64,000 nucleotides of DNA from an uncultured Gemmatimonadaceae bacterium (GTDB taxonomy: Bacteria; Gemmatimonadota; Gemmatimonadetes; Gemmatimonadales; Gemmatimonadaceae). Where the stretch lies: the NCBI GenBank assembly GCA_963829055.1, contig CAWHHI010000016.1, positions 512,001 through 576,000 of the forward strand. Reading direction: 5' to 3'. Shown here in pieces: positions 44,741-54,550 of this stretch (the first letter of the stretch is position 1; each line of letters begins with the position of its first letter). The translations under genes were made by a program, and so were the position numbers. The notes below the pieces were generated by a model that saw only the letters and a program-made list of their open reading frames with translations, was not told the DNA's origin and searched no databases.

Positions 44741-47162
44741 TGGCCACAGCTGACGAACGCGACCGATCGACACCGCCTGACGCGGCGCCTCACGAATCGG
44801 CGCCGCGCTTCGCGCTCGGCTGGGCGTTGCTCGTCTACGCGATCGCGGTCCTCATGCTGGCGTACCCGGCGCTCGGCGGGGGATTCCTCGTGAATCCGCA
44901 CAGCGACCAGTACATCGCCGGCTACGCCTTCCGGGACTATGCCGCGCAGTACATGCGCACGCACGGGGGATTCCCGCTCTGGAACCCGTACCTCTACGGA
45001 GGAATGCCGTACGTCGCCGCGATGCACGGCGACATCTTCTATCCGACGTTCCTGCTGCGGCTCGTGCTGCCCACCGATGTGGCGATGACGTGGTCGTTCA
45101 TCCTCCACGTTTTTCTGGCCGGAGTCTTCGCGTACGTCTTCCTTCGGGCCTGCGGTGTCGGGTTCTACGGCGCGCTCGTAGGCGGGCTGGCCTACATGAT
45201 GGGAGGAAACGTCGCCGGATTGGTGTCTCCGGGCCACGACGGGAAGTTGTATATCAGCGCGCTCTTGCCGCTCACGCTGCTTCTCGTACTGCGCGGGGTT
45301 CATGACGGACGGAGGTGGGCGTGGGGCGCTCTCGCACTCGTCGTGGGACTTGCCGTCCTCAGTCCGCATCCGCAACTGCTGCAGTATCTGCTGCTCGCGG
45401 CCGGCGCGTTCGCGCTCTACCTCGCGTTCGCCGAGTTCGGTGGCATTACGCTCGACGCGTCGAGTCGCCATTCGGCGGCTCGCAATGGCGGCAGGCGCGA
45501 TTGTGCTTGGCGGCGCCATCGGGGCGATCCAGTATCTGCCCGTGCGCGAATACGTGCCATTCTCGCCGCGCGCAGGAGGGAAGGGATGGGAGCACGCGAT
45601 CTCGTACTCGATGCCGCCTGAAGAACTGCTCAATACGTACCTGCCACAGTTCACGGGGATGCTCGACCGGTACTGGGGCCGGAACGGCATCCACTTTCAC
45701 AGCGAGTACATCGGCGCCGTCGTGTTGGTGCTGGCCGGCCTCGGCCTCGGGTGGTCCGCCACGCGCGGTGGTAGAAAGTTCGTGTGGTTCTGGTTAGGCA
45801 CGCTCGTGATCTCGGTGCTCTGGGCGCTCGGCGGGTACACCCCGTTCTATCACATCGTCTACGCGATCGTTCCGGGAACCAAGTTCTTCCGCGCGCCGAG
45901 CACCATGCTCTACATCGTCTCGTTCAGCGTCGCTGTGCTCGCAGCGTGCGGCATGGACCGCGTCGTGAATGGGCACGTACGGCGCAGGTACATGCTCGGC
46001 TGGCTCGGCGCCGGGTTACTGTTTGCGGTCCTCGGCATGAGCGGCGGACTGACGAACCTGGCGGCGGGTATCGCGACGCCCGAGCGCGCAGATGCTGTGT
46101 TCGCAAACTCCGCCGATCTCGCGTTCGGCTCGATCCGCTCGTTCGCGTTCGTAGCCATCGCCGTCGGCATAATCTGGGCGGTCACGACCCGTCGGCTTCC
46201 GCGTGCCGTGGGCGCTTCGATCATCGTTGCCGCTACCGCCGCCGATTTGTGGACGATAGAGCGGTCGTACTGGATGTTCTCGCCGCCGGCGTCGAAGCTG
46301 TACGCCGAAGACGAGACGATCCGCTACATGAAGAGCCAGCCGCAGCCAGGCCGAGTCATCCCGCTGCCCTTGAGCGACGACTTCGCCCGCGGCGACCCGT
46401 TCCTTCGCCCGGGTGGACAGGCGAATGGGCTCATGGTCCACGGTATCCGTGATGTTCTGGGCTATCACGGCAACCAGCTTGGTCGCTACAGCGATCTACT
46501 CGGGCTCGATGAGGGCGGTCGTCAGATCGTGAACCCGAACTTCTGGGCGCTGACGAACGCGCGCTACTGGCTATCGAACACGGACAGCTTGCCGATACCG
46601 GGGCGCGCCGCGTGGTCGGGCCGACTCGGGACGCCGCAGGAACGACGGTCTATCTCTTCGAGCTGCCGGGCGACAATCCATTCGCCTGGCTGGCTCCGGT
46701 GATCGTGAAGTTTCCGGACGATCAGGTGTTCAAGGCTCGTGCTCGATCCCGCGCTTCGACGTTCGACAGGCCGCGTTATTCGACACGGGGGCGACCGTCA
46801 CCGCTCGTGTCGTCTCATCAGCTCTTCCGCCGCCGCTCACGCAGAAGGTGACTACGACGCGTTACGAGCCGGGCCGGATCACTCTGTCACTCGACGCTCC
46901 AGCGCCGGCTGGCGCGGCTCTCCTGGTCTCCGAGAACTACTACCCTGGCTGGAAGGCGACGGCGAACGGCCAGCCGGCCAAGGTCGGTCGCGCCGACTAC
47001 TCCTTGATTGGCGTCGAGCTGCCAGCTGGAGCGAGGACTATCGAGCTCAGCTTCGACAGCGCGCCGTATCACACGGGCAAGGCCGTGACCCTCATCGCGC
47101 TCGCGCTCTCGGTGATCTGGTGGCTTGTGGGGGCCTTTGCGGAGCGAAGATCGCGTGTCTGA
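44740..47162 (+). CDS. YfhO-like multi-TM protein, probable GT-C glycosyltransferase (about 4 frameshifts)
   Basis: FPLWNPYLYGGMPY..FYP N-terminus, KFFRAP, C-terminal SENYYPGWKA..VELPAG..IELSF typical of YfhO-like proteins; pieces in frames 44737, 45302, 46612, 46739 and 46848. Confidence 0.75.
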
Positions 47163-47877
47163 TCGGGCACTGGTCATCGTTCCGACGTACAACGAACGCG
47201 AGAACATCCGGCCGCTCGTTGAAAACGTGCTGGCGAAGGATGCGCGGATCGACATGCTCGTGGTCGACGACGGATCTCCGGATGGCACGGGCGCTATCGT
47301 CGACGAAATTGCGGCCGCGAATCCGCGGGTCTTCGTGCTCCACCGACCGTCGAAATTGGGGTTGGGAACCGCGTACCTGGAGGGCTTCAAGTGGGCGCTC
47401 GAGCGCGAGTACGAGTTCGTGTTCGAGATGGACGCCGACTTCTCGCACAACCCCGATCATTTGCCTGAGTTTCTGCGGCGCATCGTCGACGCGGACCTGG
47501 TACTCGGCTCCCGCTATCGAAACGGCCGCGTGACGGTGGTGAACTGGCCGATGTCTCGGCTCCTCCTGAGCTATGCAGCCAACATCTACGCCCGCGCGGT
47601 CACCGGACTGCAGCTGTTCGATTCGACCGGCGGCTTCAAGTGCTTTCGCCGGAGAGTACTTGAAGCCATCGATCTAAACGCTGTAAAATCAAACGGGTAC
47701 GCGTTTCAGATCGAGATGAGCTTCAGGGCCTGGAAGAAGGGATTTCGCATCGCGGAGATCCCGATCGTGTTCGTTGATCGGACGGAGGGCGAGAGCAAGA
47801 TGTCGAAGCGCATCGTTCGCGAGGCGGTGTGGATGGTGTGGCGACTTCGCTGGTGGGCGATCACGGGGAAAGTCTGA
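47155..47877 (+). CDS. Polyprenol monophosphomannose synthase (Dpm1/Ppm1-like GT2)
   Basis: VPTYNERENI, VDDGSPDGT, EMDADFSH, NGYAFQIE, FVDRTEGESKMS. Confidence 0.85.
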   Translation: MSDRALVIVPTYNERENIRPLVENVLAKDARIDMLVVDDGSPDGTGAIVDEIAAANPRVFVLHRPSKLGLGTAYLEGFKWALEREYEFVFEMDADFSHNPDHLPEFLRRIVDADLVLGSRYRNGRVTVVNWPMSRLLLSYAANIYARAVTGLQLFDSTGGFKCFRRRVLEAIDLNAVKSNGYAFQIEMSFRAWKKGFRIAEIPIVFVDRTEGESKMSKRIVREAVWMVWRLRWWAITGKV

Positions 47878-47920
47878 CACACCACAGCACGACACGGACT
47901 GAGGAGAGCTAGCGCATCTC

Positions 47921-48748
47921 ATGACGCGATACGGCCGTGCCTTCTTCAAGCTGTCGGGATCCGGCAATGACTTCGTCTTTGTCGATGCCCGACGCGAGCC
48001 GCCCGGACGGCTCGAGCATGCGGACGTCGTGGAAGCGTTGTGCGCGCGCGGGACTGGCATCGGCGCGGATGGAATTGTGTTCTTCGAGCCGGGCTCGAAC
48101 GAAGGAGAGCGGTTCTCGATTCGCTATTTGAATCGGGACGGGTCACTCGCAATGCTGTGCGGAAACGCGTCGCTGTGCAGTGTGCGCCTCGCCGCGGAGC
48201 TCGGCATCGTGAAGGCGGGAGAGGATTTCGTGTTCGGCACCAGTGCCGGTCTTGCTCGGGGCCGGCTCACGGCCAGCGGACCAGAAATCGACCTGCAGCC
48301 GGTGACTGAGCTGCAAGCAGAAGCGCCATTCGACCCGAGAGCAGGCGAGCGTCGGATCGGCTTTGCCATGGTCGGCGTGCCGCACGTCGTCGTTCTGTGC
48401 GACGACATCGAGTCCGTGGACGTCGTTGGCCGCGGGAAACCGATCCGCTACGATCCCGGTTTGCAGGCTGGTGCGAACGTCAACTTCGTGGGTCGAGATG
48501 GCGCTGGCTGGGCAATGCGGACCTATGAGCGAGGCGTGGAGGCGGAGACGCTCGCGTGCGGGACTGGATCAGTCGCCACAGCCGCGTTGCTTGCGAGCTG
48601 GGGCGAATCCGGGAACGCGACAGAGATTCGAACGCGTTCAGGTTTGCCACTGAGGATTCGCTTCCGCGAAACCGCACCCGGAGTTGTCACGCCGTCACTG
48701 GCAGGCGAGGGGCGGATCGTGTTTCGAGGCGAGCTCGTCGAGGATTGA
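47921..48748 (+). CDS. dapF: Diaminopimelate epimerase
   Basis: GSGNDF, GADG, MLCGNA, GVPH, RTYERGVEAETLACGTG. Confidence 0.95.
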   Translation: MTRYGRAFFKLSGSGNDFVFVDARREPPGRLEHADVVEALCARGTGIGADGIVFFEPGSNEGERFSIRYLNRDGSLAMLCGNASLCSVRLAAELGIVKAGEDFVFGTSAGLARGRLTASGPEIDLQPVTELQAEAPFDPRAGERRIGFAMVGVPHVVVLCDDIESVDVVGRGKPIRYDPGLQAGANVNFVGRDGAGWAMRTYERGVEAETLACGTGSVATAALLASWGESGNATEIRTRSGLPLRIRFRETAPGVVTPSLAGEGRIVFRGELVED

Positions 48749-48790
48749 GGGAACAGCCTGCGGGGATTTCCCACAGTTCTCCACGCTGCT

Positions 48791-48818
48791 AGTTTACATA
48801 ATACATATTATAAGTATA
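48791..48818 (-). other. dif: dif site (XerC/XerD chromosome dimer resolution site)
   Basis: Minus strand reads TATACTTATAA-TATGTA-TTATGTAAACT (11-6-11); right arm matches the XerD-binding arm TTATGTAAACT; AT-rich island exactly where gene orientation flips. Confidence 0.88.
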
Positions 48819-48834
48819 TGGCTGCGGCGGCGCT

Positions 48835-48866
48835 GAGAAAGGCGGGCGCTTACCGTAGCGCCCGCC
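48835..48866 (-). terminator. Probable intrinsic terminator of the minus-strand TPR gene
   Basis: Stem GGCGGGCGCT/AGCGCCCGCC (48841-48866) followed by TTTCTC on the minus strand. Confidence 0.55.
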
Positions 48867-48896
48867 GATTCAAGGAAGTGCTTGCTGCGAAAGGCG

Positions 48897-49553
48897 TTAG
48901 CGGCCAGCGGGCGTCGCCACGAGCTCACCGAGGCGTACCCGGGCCTCGGCCGCGAAGGTCGACGCATTGTCGTTCGCCAACGCCGACCAGATCTTCGCGG
49001 CCTCTGCCTTGTTGTTCGCAGACGTTAGAGCGCGCGCGGCGTCGGCCATGAATCGGTCCTTGGCGATCTTGGCGTCTGCGAGCCCAGCAGCTGCGCGATA
49101 TCGTTCCGCAGCCTGAACATATTCCTTTTTCTGCTCGAGCCCTGCGCCTTTCAGGGCCTCGAAGGCCGCTTCGTCGGTATCCGACGGCTTGCCGTCGTTC
49201 AGCACCTTGAGGCCGCTATCGGGCTTCCCCTGTTCGTAATACGCCTGCGCGAGCAGCATCGACGCCTGGCTCCCTGCCGCGCTGCCTCCGAACCTCGTGA
49301 TGACACGCTTGAGGTCGGTTTGCGCGAGCGGAAGATTGCCCTGGCCGTAACTCTGACGCGCACGGTTCAACGCTACCTCGGCCGCGTCGGCCTGCCGTTC
49401 GCGCCACTGCTTCGCGAAAAACCACGTGGCCGCGGCCAGCGCGATCACGATCGCGGCAATCGCGATCGGCTTGGTGTTTGCCCTCGCCCAATCCATCGCG
49501 GATTCCGTCCGGTCGTCGAACGCGGGCCCTGCTGCTGCTCCGGTCTTCGTCAT
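48897..49553 (-). CDS. Membrane-anchored tetratricopeptide repeat protein (YfgM-like)
   Basis: Single N-terminal TM helix followed by Ala-rich TPR helices (LAQAYYEQGK). Confidence 0.7.
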   Translation of the reverse strand: MTKTGAAAGPAFDDRTESAMDWARANTKPIAIAAIVIALAAATWFFAKQWRERQADAAEVALNRARQSYGQGNLPLAQTDLKRVITRFGGSAAGSQASMLLAQAYYEQGKPDSGLKVLNDGKPSDTDEAAFEALKGAGLEQKKEYVQAAERYRAAAGLADAKIAKDRFMADAARALTSANNKAEAAKIWSALANDNASTFAAEARVRLGELVATPAGR

Positions 49554-49596
49554 TGCTCTTCAGGTGGGTGAATATCGTTTCGGCGCGTGCGCCCGA

Positions 49597-49670
49597 TGCC
49601 CCTGGCGTGACTCGAACACGCGACCAACGGTTTAGGAAACCGCTGCTCTATCCATCTGAGCTACAGGGGC
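49597..49670 (-). tRNA. tRNA-Arg(CCT)
   Basis: GCCCCTG acceptor stem, TAGCTCAG.TGGATAGAGC D arm, anticodon loop TTCCTAA, GTTCGAGTC T arm; CCA not encoded. Confidence 0.95.
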
Positions 49671-49794
49671 GTAGCTGGCATGGCGCGGCCGCTCAGCGTG
49701 CCGGACCACTGCGCCCGACGCCCTCAGCCAGACCGACAAAGTTATTGGAGCAAGCTGCCATACGAAAGCCGTAACCGCCCTCTGGGCGTGGCTT

Positions 49795-50343
49795 CTAGTA
49801 GGCCAGTACGGACTCGATTCGCCTGCCTCCCAGCCGCGTGGCGCCGTCGAGAAATCCGAGCGCGATCAGAAACGTGCACCCCGCGACCTGGCCGCCGACA
49901 GACTCGATCAGCTCGCAGGCCGCGGCCGCGGTGCCGCCAGTCGCGAGCACGTCATCGACGATCAGGACACTCCCACGCTCTCGGCAAGCATCGATGTGCA
50001 CCTCGAGCGCGTCGGTGCCGTATTCGAGCGCATAGGTGACGCGACGCGTGGTGTATGGCAGCTTCCCGACCTTCCGGATCGGCACGATGCCGACCCCCAA
50101 CGCGGCGGCGATCGGTCCGCCGAGGAGGAAGCCGCGGCTCTCGATGGCCGCGACGAGACCGACGCCGCTATCCGCAAACGGAGCCGCCATGAGCTCACAC
50201 GCGTCGCGAAATAACTGGCCATCGGCGAGGAGCGGCGTGATGTCCTTGAAGACGATCCCTGGCTTGGGAAAGTCCTGGACGTCGCGTATCGCGGAACGGA
50301 GGCCCTCGCTGCGCGGGTTCAACGGCTGGGTGGTTGGTGCCAC
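49795..50343 (-). CDS. apt: Adenine phosphoribosyltransferase
   Basis: DFPKPGIVFKDITPLL, ESRGF, LEYG, VDDVLATGGT. Confidence 0.95.
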   Translation of the reverse strand: MAPTTQPLNPRSEGLRSAIRDVQDFPKPGIVFKDITPLLADGQLFRDACELMAAPFADSGVGLVAAIESRGFLLGGPIAAALGVGIVPIRKVGKLPYTTRRVTYALEYGTDALEVHIDACRERGSVLIVDDVLATGGTAAAACELIESVGGQVAGCTFLIALGFLDGATRLGGRRIESVLAY

Positions 50344-50353
50344 GATGTCTCGG

Positions 50354-50629
50354 CTATCTCATCACGGTGAACGGCCGCGGGAGTTCGTCGAGATCCGCGC
50401 AAGGAAGCTCCGCAACGTGATCAACGCGGGCGCCGGGAGGGCCCATACGAGCGGCAACAAGCAAATCGGCTATCGCCGTGTCGGATCCTGCCGCGGCGAT
50501 CTCCACCCGCCCGTCCGCGCGGTTCTTGACCCACCCGGCGAGCCCCGCGCGACGTGCCGCTTCCCGCACGAACCACCGAAATCCGACGCCCTGGACCTTT
50601 CCCCCGACCTCGAGATGAACCGTCGTCAC
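50354..50629 (-). CDS. acyP: Acylphosphatase
   Basis: GKVQGVGFRWF, GWVKNRADGRVE, GPPGARV. Confidence 0.93.
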   Translation of the reverse strand: MTTVHLEVGGKVQGVGFRWFVREAARRAGLAGWVKNRADGRVEIAAAGSDTAIADLLVAARMGPPGARVDHVAELPCADLDELPRPFTVMR

Positions 50630-50636
50630 CCTGCCT

Positions 50637-51996
50637 CTAGCGGCTGCTCGACCCTCCCAGGAGCGCGGCGAGGACAGAAGCCAGAACAGCGGCGTCGGTC
50701 GCATCGGGCGCCACGGACGAGACGTCAATCTCGCCGCCGCGCACTCGCTCCGCCAGCCGATCGAGCGTCGCCGAGATGCGCATTCCCGCCGCCACTCGGC
50801 GATCCAGCTCGCCGACCGGCTCGGCGCGTTCGACCGCAAGCGGCTGAGCCACGTGCAACAGACTCGCTCGCCATGGACAGTTCGGCGACCGGCTCGTATG
50901 GCAATAGCGTAAGGTCCGATCCAGCTGACGTTTCCGTTTCCGCGTCGGCGTGTACGATGTCGATCCGTCCGCTGGGCGCCGGGAGCGTCGGTGGCATCAC
51001 AGCGAGATAGGCCGGTGTCTCGCGAGAGACCGAGACGTACGGCGCGTACTCAGCCAGCAGCGGATCGGGCCAACTCTCCGTTTCGACCACGGCGGTCGTA
51101 AACGGTGTCATCGGTGTCGGTTCTCCGTTGCTGACGGGCTCACTCACCGCCGAAGACGTCAGGCGCGGATGGGGCGTCTCGGCAGTCGTTTCCGCGGCGT
51201 CGCCTAACGGCGAGATCGTGGCCGCGCTGGAGGCAATGACATCGTCCGCGGAAGGGATGCCAGGCGCGTCGGACCAATCGAGGTCCGCGTCCAGTGTGGC
51301 GGCGACATTGCTGGCACCCTCGCTGTCATCGGCGTGCCATACCGGCATTCCGATTTCAGCCGTCGGCCATCCTCCATCGCCATCCCTGTTCTGCTCGTCA
51401 GGCACGTGCTCGGCCAACGCCGGGGCATCCGGAGCGACCATGTCGTGCGTCCAGACGTAGTCCCCTTCTCCGCCGCCAGTGCCTAACGATGCCTCGTCGA
51501 TCGCGGACGGTGTCAGCGTCTCCAACGGTTGACTGTCGGTCAACGGTCGACTGTCGGTCGCATCCACACCGTTCCACGCCGCCTCGAATGCATCGACGGC
51601 GTCCAGCGCGACCATCTCACTCGTCACAGGACGGCGCGACGGCGCGACTTCAACGATGGCTGCCTCGAGTGCCGACGTAATGCCCTCGGCGTGCGCCTCG
51701 GCACTGGTCGCCGTCGAAGCCACAATGACTGGGTGAGGCACGGCAGGCTGCTCAGGCGCGGAAGCAGCTTCGACGGCCACGAGCGTTTCTGCCGGACGGA
51801 GCGGCGGCGCGTTGGCGCCTAACGCCGGACGCCCCGCGGACGGCGGAGCGAATGGCCCATTCGCCGGTCGTGCGGCGGGAGCAGCTGGTCGGGAAAATGG
51901 CCGCGGTGACGTCGCGGCGCCCGTGGGGCCGGCGAATGGGCGTGCGCCGCGACGGGCAGCGGCGATCTTCGTATCGTCGATCTTCTGTTCGGCCAT
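50637..51996 (-). CDS. Hypothetical Pro/Ala/acidic low-complexity protein (frameshift near 50850)
   Basis: ORF from MAEQKIDD at 51996; helical C-terminus (LDRLAERVRGGEI..VLASVLAALLG) in the 50637-50858 frame. Confidence 0.6.
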
Positions 51997-52051
51997 CCGG
52001 ATAGCTCCCGACTGAGTGCTCGCGAAGCGAAGCGGCAGCCGGTGGGTCAGC

Positions 52052-52708
52052 TCATCCTTGCCACCCGTGCGTGCCCAAGAGCGGGACGAACCTGACGGGC
52101 GCGATGTCACGACGCGTGATCGCGCCATTGTGACGCTGGACACTCACGAGCACCTGTTCGTCTTTCGTGCCGAGCGGAATCAACAACGTTCCGCCTTCGG
52201 CAAGTTGGTCGATCAACGGTTGCGGTATGTCAGGCGCGCCCGCACTCACGAGGATCGCGTCGTAAGGTGCATACTCGCGCCAACCGATGGTCCCGTCGCC
52301 GAGCAGCATCGAGACGTTGCGCACATCGAGTTCCCGTAGAATCTCACGCGCCTTTTCGTACAGCGCGGGGACACGCTCGATGGAGAACACCTGCGCGGCC
52401 AGATGAGACAGGAGCGCAGTCTGGTATCCTGTCCCGGTGCCCACCTCGAGGACACGTTCCTTCCCCGATAACTGCAGAAGCTCGAGGTAGCGCGCGTGGA
52501 CAGACGGCTGCGAGATCGTCTGCCCATTCCCGATCGGCAACGCCGAGTCTTCATACGCACGATGTCGAACGCCCGTGGGTACGAACTGATGACGCGGCGT
52601 GGCATCGATCGCCTTCAGCACCGAAAGATCACGGATGCCGTTCGCCTGCAACGTTTCGACGAGGCGACGGCGCGCGCCTCGGAATTCCGGACCTACAGTT
52701 CCCGCCAC
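52052..52708 (-). CDS. pcm: Protein-L-isoaspartate O-methyltransferase
   Basis: AYEDSALPIGNGQTISQP, VLEVGTGTGYQ, FVPLLG. Confidence 0.95.
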   Translation of the reverse strand: MAGTVGPEFRGARRRLVETLQANGIRDLSVLKAIDATPRHQFVPTGVRHRAYEDSALPIGNGQTISQPSVHARYLELLQLSGKERVLEVGTGTGYQTALLSHLAAQVFSIERVPALYEKAREILRELDVRNVSMLLGDGTIGWREYAPYDAILVSAGAPDIPQPLIDQLAEGGTLLIPLGTKDEQVLVSVQRHNGAITRRDIAPVRFVPLLGTHGWQG

Positions 52709-53457
52709 CAGCTCTCCGAGGATTCGAGCATGTCACGATGCGTGAGGTCGAGGTGCAACGGCGTCACGGACACGTACCCCTCGTCGACCGCGCGAAAATC
52801 CGATCCGGCCCCACTTGCTTCCCAGTTGATGGAACCACCACCGATCCAGTAGATGCTTCGCCCCCATGGATCCTGCATCGGGCGCAGCGAATCGGAGTAG
52901 ACTCGACGTCCCAGCCGCGTGAGACGAACGCCACGGATCTCGCTTGCCCGCCGCGGCGGCAGGTTGACGTTCAGCAGCGTGTGCTCCGGAAACTTCGGCA
53001 GCGAGGTCAAGTGCGCGAGCAACGGCGTGAGCACCTCGATCTGGTCATCGAGCAGCGAGGCGTCGGCGCGCAGGTCTCCACCAGCGAACGAGATTGCGAT
53101 GGATGGTATCCCAAGAGCAAGGCCTTCCATCGCGGCCGCCACGGTCCCTGAGTACAGCACGTCCTCGCCCATGTTCTGGCCGTGGTTGATGCCGCTCAGC
53201 ACGTAGTCGGGGCGCTCCGGCATGAGGGCCTCGACTGCAAGCATCACGCAGTCCGTCGGTGTCCCGTCAACCTGGTATCGCCGCTCGCCACGCTTCACGG
53301 GCCGGAGCGGGTGATGCAGCGTCAGCGAATGACTCGTGGCACTCTGTTCGCGATCCGGCGCAACGACCGTGATCTCGCCGAGCGGGTCTGCGGCGCGCAC
53401 CAGACACTCGAGCCCGTAGGCGAGAATGCCGTCGTCGTTCGTGCACAGCAGTCGCAT
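52693..53457 (-). CDS. surE: 5'/3'-nucleotidase SurE
   Basis: TNDDG, DGTPTDCV, SGINHGQN, YSGTVAAA. Confidence 0.96.
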   Translation of the reverse strand: MRLLCTNDDGILAYGLECLVRAADPLGEITVVAPDREQSATSHSLTLHHPLRPVKRGERRYQVDGTPTDCVMLAVEALMPERPDYVLSGINHGQNMGEDVLYSGTVAAAMEGLALGIPSIAISFAGGDLRADASLLDDQIEVLTPLLAHLTSLPKFPEHTLLNVNLPPRRASEIRGVRLTRLGRRVYSDSLRPMQDPWGRSIYWIGGGSINWEASGAGSDFRAVDEGYVSVTPLHLDLTHRDMLESSESWWREL

Positions 53458-54137
53458 CAGCGTTGTGCTCCCAACCCAAATCGCCAGAGGGTGCCGACAA
53501 TGCGAGCCGAGTCGCGAACAGCTCGGAACTGGCTCGGGACGGTCGTGGGGTATCGCGTCGGCACTGGAACGTAGACAATGCGGTGACCGAGGCGGCCCGC
53601 GAGAATCAACAGCTCGGTCTCGAATTCGTAGCGGTCGCCCTGCGGCTTGATGTCGGAGACGACGTGTGCACGCAATGCACGGAAGCCGCTCTGCGCGTCC
53701 GCCACTGGGCGTCCGATGCAGTGCGCGACCGCTGCCGCCGACAGCCTGTTCGTTAGGCGGCGTCCGACCGGCATCTCGGGAGACCTGCGGTCACGCGCCC
53801 CGATCGCGACATCCGCGCTCTCGAGCGCACGAACCAGCTCCGGCGCGAACGACGGCTCGTGTTGTCCGTCCGCGTCCACGGTGAGCACGACGTCGGCATC
53901 CCGCTCCAGCGCCATGGCGAAGCCCGCACGAAGCGCTGCACCCTTGCCGAGATTTCGCGGAAAGCGACGCGTCTCGTCCGCGACACGGCTCGCGACCGAG
54001 TAGGTCTCGTCCGACGAGCCGTCGTCGATCACGGCTACGAACGCGGCCGGTAAGGCATCACGAAGGCCGGCAACGACGCCAGCAAGTGTCGGAGCCGCAT
54101 TGAGCGCTGGGACAACGCAGGCGACGCGTGCCGTCAC
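53457..54137 (-). CDS. GT2 family glycosyltransferase
   Basis: VPALN, IDDGSSDET, GKGAAL, DADGQH, DAQSGFR. Confidence 0.88.
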   Translation of the reverse strand: MTARVACVVPALNAAPTLAGVVAGLRDALPAAFVAVIDDGSSDETYSVASRVADETRRFPRNLGKGAALRAGFAMALERDADVVLTVDADGQHEPSFAPELVRALESADVAIGARDRRSPEMPVGRRLTNRLSAAAVAHCIGRPVADAQSGFRALRAHVVSDIKPQGDRYEFETELLILAGRLGHRIVYVPVPTRYPTTVPSQFRAVRDSARIVGTLWRFGLGAQR

Positions 54138-54550
54138 TTGGTGGACGGCTCCGGCTCATTACGACCGGGAGCGGCGTCGGTGGTCTGCGGCGCCTCGGTC
54201 CCATCCAGAACCCGCAGAATTCCCTGAAGCTGCTTCTCGAGATCTCGAATCATCTGCACGTCGAGGGCAGCGCGAGCCTCTGCGCGCAACGAACCTGCGC
54301 GCCGTTGTTCCTCGATACGCTGGCGAGCGCCGTCGATCGTGTACTTCTCCGTGTACAACAGGTGCTTCACGAGCATGATCAGCTCGACTTCGCGCCGCTG
54401 GTACACGCGGTTTCCCGACCGATTTTTCGCCGGATTGAGAAAGCGAAACTGGCTTTCCCAGTAGCGCAGGACGTGTGGCTTGAGATCGGTCAGTGCGCAC
54501 ACGTCTCCGATGGAGAAGAACTCCTGAACCGGCTCTTCTTTGGTCGCCAT
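54134..54550 (-). CDS. MerR family HTH transcriptional regulator
   Basis: FSIGDVCALTDLKPHVLRYWESQF..RVY..KYTIDGAR. Confidence 0.88.
   Translation of the reverse strand: MATKEEPVQEFFSIGDVCALTDLKPHVLRYWESQFRFLNPAKNRSGNRVYQRREVELIMLVKHLLYTEKYTIDGARQRIEEQRRAGSLRAEARAALDVQMIRDLEKQLQGILRVLDGTEAPQTTDAAPGRNEPEPSTK

Noticed and set aside
49597..49670. tRNA-Arg or dif as the integration site of a mobile element
   Set aside because: No duplicated tRNA 3' end, second dif-like site, integrase or compositional shift was seen nearby.
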